Assembly (NCBI GenBank): GCA_030596465.1
Contig: JAUVJW010000001.1
Span: 1 to 61,879 of the forward strand
DNA length: 61,879 nt
DNA from: Candidatus Fermentibacteraceae bacterium
GTDB taxonomy: Bacteria; Fermentibacterota; Fermentibacteria; Fermentibacterales; JCC-6
Reading direction: 5' to 3'
Shown: one piece after another, positions 55,207 to 61,879 of the stretch
How positions within the stretch are numbered: the first letter of the stretch is position 1
Layout: every line of letters starts with the position of its first letter
Notes under the pieces: generated by a model
What the model was told of the DNA's origin: nothing
What the model saw: only the letters and a program-made list of their open reading frames with translations
Database searches by the model: none
Translations under genes and position numbers: made by a program

Positions 55207-56983
55207 AACGGTGGGAACCGCAGGCAGAATTCTGCTCAGTATACTCGGGAGAACATGGCGGGTTTCCAGATTGAAACCCTCTACCGGGCTGAGGGGCAAC
55301 TCCATTATGTACGCATTCTGGCACTGCGCACAGCTTCCATTGATATTTACTCACAGGAATATGGGTATCCGTATATTGATCAGTCAGAGCCGTGACGGTT
55401 CTCTGGTTTCATCCATATGTGAGCAGATGGGTTTTATTCCAGTGAGAGGTTCATCCAGCAGGGGAGGTGCTTCGGCAGCCCGTGAACTTATGGAAGCCAT
55501 GCGAAGCGGTGAGCCGGGCGCTATTACTCCAGATGGCCCGAAGGGGCCTCCAGAAATTGTAAAAAGAGGCGTTTCGCTTATTCCCAGACGGGCAAAAGTT
55601 CCTGTGGTTCCCTACGGAGTCAGCGCTTTCCCCGTAATCAGGCTCAAAAGCTGGGACAGGTTTATGATTCCCCTTCCCTTCGCGAAACTTGTACTCTGTG
55701 AAGGCAAACCCGTCCCACCGGGGAATTGCAACCGGGAAACACTGACCGCTGCCATTAATTCAGAATTCCGCCGCGCGGAGCTTGCCGCGAGCCCGGTTGC
55801 TTCCCTGATTATTTCAATCATTAAAGTCGCGGCGTGGATACTGACCCCACTGGCGGAATTGATACTTCTTTTCCGGCCTGACAGAGAACGGAACGAACGC
55901 AGAGGTTTGATACCCCGGAACAACAGCAGGCCTGTATGGCTTCATGGTTCCAGTCTCGGAGAGCTGAAGGGATTGCTCCCGGTTGTGGAGAATCTAAGAT
56001 CAACCGATACTCCGTTCTTTGTTACATGTTCAACAGTCGCCGCACGGCAGTTCATTGAAAAAGAAGATCTGCAAGGTGCTTTTCAACCCCTGGATACACA
56101 GGGCGCTACGGGCAGGTTTCTTGACAGACTTCAACCGTCAGCTCTGATACTTGCGGAAACAGAATTCTGGCCGATTCTTCTTCATGAAACCGTATCCAGA
56201 GGTATTACAGCGGGAATGGTGAATGCGCGCCTTTCAGGGAAAAGTGTCAGGGGATACAGACTGATCAAGCCTCTTTTCGGGAAGATATTTTCGTGTTTCC
56301 GGGGCGTTCTAACCAGATCAAAAGTCGATACTGACAGATTTCTGGAACTGGGAGTGCAAACAGAAGTCGCGGGAGACGGGAAAGCGGCAGTAAAGCTCCA
56401 GGAACCGGATCCACACTGGAATACAATGATTAAACCTGGTTCCAGAGGTATTATTGTTGCCGGATCAACCAGAAAAGGTGAGGAAGAAACAATTCTGGAA
56501 ATTGCAAGACTCACCGGGCTTACACCAGTGCTTGTTCCCCGCCACGAGAACCGGATAGAAGAAGTTATCGGTATTGCGGAAAAGGCCGGTTTCAAGCCTG
56601 ATCTGTGGACAGAAAATCCCACCGGATCTTCCTGTCTTATTGTGAATGTCAAGGGAATTCTCGCGTCACTGTATGGCCTGGCGGATATTGCCTTTGTCGG
56701 GGGAACATTGGCCCCGGTGGGGAGACACAACATCCTTGAACCGCTTGCACACGGTGTTCCTGTTATTGTTGGTCCTGAGCATCATCATTTTGCCGATGTT
56801 GTGGAGAAAGCTTTGAAGAACAATATTTGCAGGGTATTTACTACTGTTGAACAGGGAGCTGCTGTAACAATGGAATTACTGGCATTTTGCGATGAAAACG
56901 ATCATGGCTCTTCAGAATTCAGTTCTGAGCTTTTTCTTTCAAATATGAGAATACTTCTTAAAAAGATGGAAATACCAGTATGA
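55196..56983 (+). CDS. waaA: Fusion protein: DUF374 (lysophospholipid-acyltransferase-like) N-domain + 3-deoxy-D-manno-octulosonic acid transferase
   Basis: The N-terminal roughly 200 aa carry YAFWHCAQLPL...ISQSRDGSLVS...RGSSSRGGASA...ITPDGPKGP (DUF374). From about residue 245, VWLHGSSLGELKG...ETEFWP...VGGTL...HNILEP is WaaA/KdtA. Confidence 0.8.
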   Translation: MKAETVGTAGRILLSILGRTWRVSRLKPSTGLRGNSIMYAFWHCAQLPLIFTHRNMGIRILISQSRDGSLVSSICEQMGFIPVRGSSSRGGASAARELMEAMRSGEPGAITPDGPKGPPEIVKRGVSLIPRRAKVPVVPYGVSAFPVIRLKSWDRFMIPLPFAKLVLCEGKPVPPGNCNRETLTAAINSEFRRAELAASPVASLIISIIKVAAWILTPLAELILLFRPDRERNERRGLIPRNNSRPVWLHGSSLGELKGLLPVVENLRSTDTPFFVTCSTVAARQFIEKEDLQGAFQPLDTQGATGRFLDRLQPSALILAETEFWPILLHETVSRGITAGMVNARLSGKSVRGYRLIKPLFGKIFSCFRGVLTRSKVDTDRFLELGVQTEVAGDGKAAVKLQEPDPHWNTMIKPGSRGIIVAGSTRKGEEETILEIARLTGLTPVLVPRHENRIEEVIGIAEKAGFKPDLWTENPTGSSCLIVNVKGILASLYGLADIAFVGGTLAPVGRHNILEPLAHGVPVIVGPEHHHFADVVEKALKNNICRVFTTVEQGAAVTMELLAFCDENDHGSSEFSSELFLSNMRILLKKMEIPV

Positions 56984-58056
56984 GACTTGATGATATACAC
57001 AGAAAGTTATCCACCAGAGACGGACCGTGGCTCTGGGTTGCCTGGTTTCTCCAGCCGGTAGCGCTTTCGTATCTCATGGGGGCTTCATTTAACCGGTATC
57101 TGTACAGCAGGGGTATTCTCCGGAAACAGTCTTTCGATACCGTTGTGGTAAGCATAGGCAACATTGAAGTTGGTGGGGTCGGCAAGACACCGGTAACTAT
57201 CAGAATTGCGGAAAAACTCGCGGATATGGGCGTAAAGACTTCAGTTGTCTGCCGCAATCTCTCTTCGGGTAATGGTCCTCCCATAGCTGTGCGACAGGGA
57301 AACGCTTCAGGTGGACCGTCACTGAGTGATGAAGCCATTCTTCTGGGAAGGATTCTTGGTAAATCATGCTCCATCTATACAGGCGGTGACAAAAGCGCTG
57401 CCGTAGAAAGAGCAGTCAGGGAAATGAAGCCTGAAGTGGTTATTGTGGATGACGGTTTTCAGCATCACAGACTTCACAGAGATATTGATGTTGTAGTTCT
57501 TAACGCCGATCATCCCTTTGGCCAGGGGGGAGTTCTTCCGGCGGGTACATTGAGAGAATCTTCCAGAGCTCTCAAGAACGCTGATTATCTCTGGATCAAC
57601 GGTGTAACATCCGATGCCCAGTTGTCGCTTGCCAGAAGGCTTATTTCCGGAAGAAACTGGAAGTCACCATTTATTTCGAGCAGTGTGATTCCTGGAAAAC
57701 CGCTGAGGTACGATGGAACTCCGGACAGGATTGGCAGGGTTGTTGCTTTCTGTGGAATTGGAAAACCCCAGGGTTTTAAGCGCACTCTTGAAAAAACAGG
57801 ATTTGAAATAGCAAAATTTCATATATACCCCGATCACTGGCGTTACACACAGAATGATATAAAGCACCTGATGGATAGTTTTGAACATTCAACCACTGAT
57901 TTTCTTATAACAACGGAGAAAGACGCCGCAAGGCTGGGTACAGGACTGGTGAAAACAATGAATTTAAGAGTTCTTCCAATCAGACTCTCGATTACGGACC
58001 AGTCTGCTGAAGAAGAACTGCTCGGTAACATTCTTGAATTGATCAGGAGAAAATAA
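56980..58056 (+). CDS. lpxK: Tetraacyldisaccharide 4'-kinase
   Basis: VVSIGNIEVGGVGKTPV P-loop and VIVDDGFQH. Confidence 0.85.
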   Translation: MRLDDIHRKLSTRDGPWLWVAWFLQPVALSYLMGASFNRYLYSRGILRKQSFDTVVVSIGNIEVGGVGKTPVTIRIAEKLADMGVKTSVVCRNLSSGNGPPIAVRQGNASGGPSLSDEAILLGRILGKSCSIYTGGDKSAAVERAVREMKPEVVIVDDGFQHHRLHRDIDVVVLNADHPFGQGGVLPAGTLRESSRALKNADYLWINGVTSDAQLSLARRLISGRNWKSPFISSSVIPGKPLRYDGTPDRIGRVVAFCGIGKPQGFKRTLEKTGFEIAKFHIYPDHWRYTQNDIKHLMDSFEHSTTDFLITTEKDAARLGTGLVKTMNLRVLPIRLSITDQSAEEELLGNILELIRRK

Positions 58057-59642
58057 TGACAAGAAAAACAGACATACTCATTATAGGTGGAGGAATGGCC
58101 GGGCTTACCTGCGCACTTGAAATACCGGAGAAGTATTCTGTTACCATCCTCAGTAAGATTCAACTGCCTACAGGAAGCACCTTTCTTGCCCAGGGTGGAC
58201 TGGCGGCTGTTACCTCCGAGGATGACAGTTTCGAGAATCACCTTAAAGACACCCAGAAAGCCGGAGCCGGCATGGTTGATGAGGTTGTAGCTCAGAAGAT
58301 CATTTCCACGGGGCCTGAGCTTGTGAATACTCTTTCACGGTGGGGTATCGCTCTTGAGGGATCAAATGGTGACGGTGGAGGAATGGAGGGAGGACATTCA
58401 TTCAGAAGAGTTCTTCATTACTTCGACCAGACCGGCAGGTTTATTTCGGAGCATCTTGGCGAAGAGTGTAGAAAACGAAGCAACATTACAATTATCGAAA
58501 ACGCTTTTGCCATCAACCTGATTTCGGCTTCCCGTGAGGCACTGTCACTTCTCCAGAAGGGTTGTGACAGGTGTCTTGGTGCCTATGTTCTGATGGGGGA
58601 AGATGTTGTAACTTTTCTTGCGAGAGAAACTGTTCTTGCTACCGGAGGTGCAGGAAAAACATACCGTTACACATCCAATCAGGATTCCTCTACAGGTGAT
58701 GGTATTGCCATGGCTTTCAGAGCAGGGCTTCCTGTGAGAAACATGGAGTTTTACCAATTTCACCCCACCTGTCTTTATCACCCGGACAAAAGGAATTTTC
58801 TGATAACAGAAGCCCTGAGGGGTGAGGGGGCAAAACTTATAAATGAAGCCGGCAAGAGATTTATGGAATATTATGACCCTGAACGTATGGAACTTGCCCC
58901 GAGAGACGTGGTTGCCAGGGCAATAGACAGCGAGATGAAGCATTTTGGAACAGATCATATGCTGCTTGACGCTACACATCTTTCAAGAAGTTTTCTTGAG
59001 GAATACTTCCCCGAAGTAACATCCGGGGTGATGTCGGTGGGAATCAGACCCTGGGAAGACCCTATTCCAATAGTACCGGCGGCGCACTATTGTGTTGGTG
59101 GTGTGGTCGCGGGAACGGACGGAAGCACAGAGATGTCAGGTCTCAGAGTGATTGGTGAAGCAGCTTCCACCGGATTCCACGGGGCGAATCGTCTTGGCAG
59201 CAACAGTCTGCTTGAAGCCGGTGTTATGGGGTTACTCTGCGCCAGATCCATAACAGATCACCTTCCGGGCCGGATTACCGGAGTCACAGTCAGAGACTGG
59301 TCTTTTGGCAGAGCAGAGCCCCTTGAGGAAAGTGTTCTTGTGGATCATTCCTGGGCCAGTCTGAGAAGTGTTATGTGGGATTATGTAGGTATTGTTAAAA
59401 CCGACAAGAGACTTCGCAGGGCATTAAAACTTCTTGATGTACTGGCTGAGGAAGTGGAAGAGGATTACTGGACCCTGCTTCCAACAATGGAACAGCTTGA
59501 GCTTCGGAACCTGACCACAGTGGCAAGGGTAATTGTGAGAAGCGCTCTCAAGCGCAGAGAGAGCGTGGGGCTTCATTACCTTGTGGACTGTCCTTACACA
59601 TCGCACATAAAGACGGATACTGTACTTAAGATCAACATGTAA
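58056..59642 (+). CDS. nadB: L-aspartate oxidase
   Basis: DILIIGGGMAGL FAD motif, FYQFHPT, LITEALRGEGA, HYCVGGV and GANRLGSNSLLE. Confidence 0.9.
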   Translation: MTRKTDILIIGGGMAGLTCALEIPEKYSVTILSKIQLPTGSTFLAQGGLAAVTSEDDSFENHLKDTQKAGAGMVDEVVAQKIISTGPELVNTLSRWGIALEGSNGDGGGMEGGHSFRRVLHYFDQTGRFISEHLGEECRKRSNITIIENAFAINLISASREALSLLQKGCDRCLGAYVLMGEDVVTFLARETVLATGGAGKTYRYTSNQDSSTGDGIAMAFRAGLPVRNMEFYQFHPTCLYHPDKRNFLITEALRGEGAKLINEAGKRFMEYYDPERMELAPRDVVARAIDSEMKHFGTDHMLLDATHLSRSFLEEYFPEVTSGVMSVGIRPWEDPIPIVPAAHYCVGGVVAGTDGSTEMSGLRVIGEAASTGFHGANRLGSNSLLEAGVMGLLCARSITDHLPGRITGVTVRDWSFGRAEPLEESVLVDHSWASLRSVMWDYVGIVKTDKRLRRALKLLDVLAEEVEEDYWTLLPTMEQLELRNLTTVARVIVRSALKRRESVGLHYLVDCPYTSHIKTDTVLKINM

Positions 59643-59654
59643 CATGGGAAGTAT

Positions 59655-60182
59655 ATGAAAAAATATTTTCTTCTTCTCTCTCTGCTTATTGCCGGATGTA
59701 CTTCTGCTCCGGTTTACCGGGGTATGGGAATAAACTGCCGGGGATCCATGCCTTCAACCTGTGGGGTTGCTTCCCCGGATGGTGAAGTAATAACAGTACC
59801 CCCAAATCCGTCAAACTCAATCGAACATCGTATGCAGAGCGAGATAGATAGCTGGATGGGCACTCCCTATGTCTACGGCGGTGTTTCAAAAAGCGGAGTA
59901 GACTGCTCCGGTTTTACACAGGCAGTTTACCGTTCTATTGGCATTGAGATCCCCAGACGGGCATCAAGACAGTCTGTCGCTGCTGAAACAGTAAGCAGAA
60001 GTAATCTTAAGTACGGTGATCTGGTTTTTTTCAACACATCGGGATCAGGTATTTCCCACTGCGGTATTTATCTCGGCAATGGCCAGTTCGTTCATGCTTC
60101 GAGCAGCAGGGGAGTGGTGAGAGATATTCTCAGTCATCCGTATTACTCATCCCGCTTTGTCACCGGGGGAAGATTTCTGTAA
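59655..60182 (+). CDS. NlpC/P60 (C40) cell-wall peptidase lipoprotein
   Basis: Lipobox LLIAGCTS. Catalytic GVDCSGF and ISHCGIY. Confidence 0.85.
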   Translation: MKKYFLLLSLLIAGCTSAPVYRGMGINCRGSMPSTCGVASPDGEVITVPPNPSNSIEHRMQSEIDSWMGTPYVYGGVSKSGVDCSGFTQAVYRSIGIEIPRRASRQSVAAETVSRSNLKYGDLVFFNTSGSGISHCGIYLGNGQFVHASSSRGVVRDILSHPYYSSRFVTGGRFL

Positions 60183-61333
60183 TGAAGATTCTTGATATAA
60201 ATAACCTGTACTCGCCAACGGGCGGGGGTATACGAACCTATCACCATGAGAAGCTTAAATGGTGCAAAGCCAACGGAATTGAGAACCTTCTTCTTTACCC
60301 TTCAACAAAAAACACAGAAAATACAGTAAATGGTGGAACTGTAAGAGGCTTAAAGTCACCGAGACTGGCTGGCAGCGGTTACAATTTCTTCACAAGGGGA
60401 GAGCCGATTCGGCAGGCACTGAAAGAATTCAAACCTGATGTTGTGGAACTGGGCAGCAGCATGGTTGTACCGGGAATGGTCAAACAGGCACTGAAAGACA
60501 TTCCTTCATTTGCCTTCTTTCACTCAAACTGGCCTGAAACTCTTCCCATGAGCGTTCTCGGTATTAACAAAGGAGTCATTCCCCGTCTGTTTCAAAAATT
60601 ATCAGCACCTGTTATGCGCAGAGCTTACAAGCCCATGAACGCAGTAATCGGCGCGAGCGATTACTCAATTCGCAAGCTGAAGGAAGCACATCTTACAAAC
60701 ATCAGAAAGGTTCCCCTTGGCACAAACCCTGACATCTTTCACCCGAAAATGAGATCCGGGGAACTGAGAAATAGCCTCGGCATTCCCGAAAACGGGAAAA
60801 TGATTCTCTACATGGGAAGACTCGCCCCGGAAAAAGGCATACATGTTCTTCTCAAAGCATGCACACACCTCTTCAAACAAAAGAACATGGTGCTTGTTAT
60901 TGCCGGAGAGGGTCACTGGGACAAAAAGGTGAAGCAGAAAACTGCTGAGAATCCGGAAAAGATGAAACTCCTCAGCCAGGTAAAGAGCAGAGCTGAAGCG
61001 GCAAAGCTTATGGCAAGTGCTGATGTTTTTGTTTCAGCAGGACCGCTGGAAACCTTCTCGCTGGTCACTCTTGAAGCTCTGAGCTGCGGCACGCCGGTGG
61101 CTGCATGCAGCAAAGCAGCCGCTTCTGAACTAATAACAAAGGCAGGTGGCAATTCAATTTACTCCCCCTGGAACTCCGGAGATGCCCTTGCTGAAGCAAT
61201 CCGAAATGCAGCTGAAACAAAAAAGGAACAAAGAAACGAATTCAGAGCCTTTGCAGAGAAATACACATGGGATGCCTGTTTCAAAAATATCTTCCAGATC
61301 TACAACGAGCACATGCAGGCAGCAAAAACCTAA
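60182..61333 (+). CDS. Glycosyltransferase family 4 (GT-B)
   Basis: YMGRLAPEKGIHVL and ETFSLVTLEALSCGTPV (E-x7-E). Start overlaps the upstream stop (TAATG). Confidence 0.8.
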   Translation: MKILDINNLYSPTGGGIRTYHHEKLKWCKANGIENLLLYPSTKNTENTVNGGTVRGLKSPRLAGSGYNFFTRGEPIRQALKEFKPDVVELGSSMVVPGMVKQALKDIPSFAFFHSNWPETLPMSVLGINKGVIPRLFQKLSAPVMRRAYKPMNAVIGASDYSIRKLKEAHLTNIRKVPLGTNPDIFHPKMRSGELRNSLGIPENGKMILYMGRLAPEKGIHVLLKACTHLFKQKNMVLVIAGEGHWDKKVKQKTAENPEKMKLLSQVKSRAEAAKLMASADVFVSAGPLETFSLVTLEALSCGTPVAACSKAAASELITKAGGNSIYSPWNSGDALAEAIRNAAETKKEQRNEFRAFAEKYTWDACFKNIFQIYNEHMQAAKT

Positions 61334-61395
61334 TTACACAGAATGCCCAAAACACAGCAGAGCATAGACTACCAATCCCCATCCAGCCCGTCCGG

Positions 61396-61879
61396 CTATC
61401 CAGTCGCTCCCAATAACAAATCCAGAGGGCTTTCAACAGTTCTGTGAATTCCTTTCATCACATGCAGATAGATTCTCGTGGTTTCCAGACTCTTGTGTCC
61501 AAGCAATTCCTGTATCTCGCAGAGATCAACTCCCGCCATCAGCATATGCGTTGCAAAGCAGTGACGAAGCGTGTGAACGCTTGCACGCTTATTTATACCG
61601 GATTTCAGAACAGCTCTTCGAATAGCTTTCTGCACGAACGAAGGATGAATATGATGTCTCCGAACATCTCCGGTGGAAGAATCAACAGAAAACCCTGTGC
61701 CGGGAAACACATACTGCCAGGATAATTCCATTCCTGCTCCCGGGTATTTTCTTTCCAGCGCTCCGGGAAGAGTAACTGGAATATTCGATGCTTCCAATGC
61801 CGAGTGAACTGCTTCTATCTGCCTTTCCAGAAATGGAACCAGCGTCCTTCCCAAAACAGTAACCCTGTCTTTATCACCC
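61396..61879 (-). CDS. intI: Integron-type tyrosine recombinase (IntI-like), N-terminus beyond the window
   Basis: The frame stays open to the window edge. [24 protein letters not shown]...[25 protein letters not shown] matches the IntI-specific insertion (ALxRKYPxA..W.WqyvFP...dp.sG..RRHH). It is followed by [12 protein letters not shown] and [16 protein letters not shown]. Confidence 0.85.
   Translation of the reverse strand, partial: GDKDRVTVLGRTLVPFLERQIEAVHSALEASNIPVTLPGALERKYPGAGMELSWQYVFPGTGFSVDSSTGDVRRHHIHPSFVQKAIRRAVLKSGINKRASVHTLRHCFATHMLMAGVDLCEIQELLGHKSLETTRIYLHVMKGIHRTVESPLDLLLGATG

Noticed and set aside
1-61879. A search by eye for CRISPR arrays, rRNA genes, intact IS elements or prophage genes.
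   Set aside because: There are no spaced direct repeats, no rRNA-like stretch, no full-length transposase and no phage structural genes. The only mobile-element traces are the IS630-like fragment and the two tyrosine recombinases.

Overview
This is a 61.9-kb, gene-dense chromosomal window from an LPS-making (diderm) bacterium. I call about 60 protein genes and one tRNA. I found no rRNA and no CRISPR array. Many genes are linked by 1-4 nt start/stop overlaps.

Gene order, left to right:
- Tail of a sigma-54 activator, then the preQ0 operon queC-queE-queD-folE2.
- A decayed islet of about 1 kb. It holds an AbrB-type antitoxin with a textbook promoter and palindromic operator, a truncated downstream stub, an IS630-like DDE fragment and a histidine-kinase 3' fragment.
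- A lipoprotein esterase.
- A minus-strand operon: GatE-like gene, hybrid 5TMR-LYT histidine kinase, queF.
- hpf-hprK-ptsH-ptsI, then a nucleotidyltransferase and two GT4 glycosyltransferases.
- tatA, mglA and a zinc-ribbon membrane protein.
- topA-xerC-DUF2723-hslV-hslU. hslU carries one in-frame TAG.
- A second mglA paralog coupled to an STT3-like polytopic protein.
- dapF, tRNA-Gly(CCC), a CDP-alcohol phosphatidyltransferase.
- A teichoic-acid-like block: tagD, four TagB/TagF-family genes and a second nucleotidyltransferase.
- lpxL-like, polA, a sulfatase-fold lipoprotein, an exported 2x[4Fe-4S] protein with a T9SS-like C-terminal domain, a trmH-like gene, comEC, an M42 peptidase, gmhB, an epimerase, ddl and ltaE.
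- Gfo/Idh/MocA-lpxB-(DUF374::waaA)-lpxK, nadB, NlpC/P60, GT4.
- A partial integron-type integrase at the right edge.

Best follow-up candidates:
- The two MglA-type GTPase modules, neither with MglB. One is coupled to an STT3-like protein with a degenerate WWDYG motif.
- An archaeal-type GatE homolog in an operon with a kinase and queF.
- The in-frame TAG in hslU.
- The TagF-rich glycopolymer block in an LPS producer.
- The signal-peptide ferredoxin with a sorting domain.
- The IntI-type integrase at the window edge.

All functional calls come from reading motifs in the supplied translations and the DNA. No database search was run.
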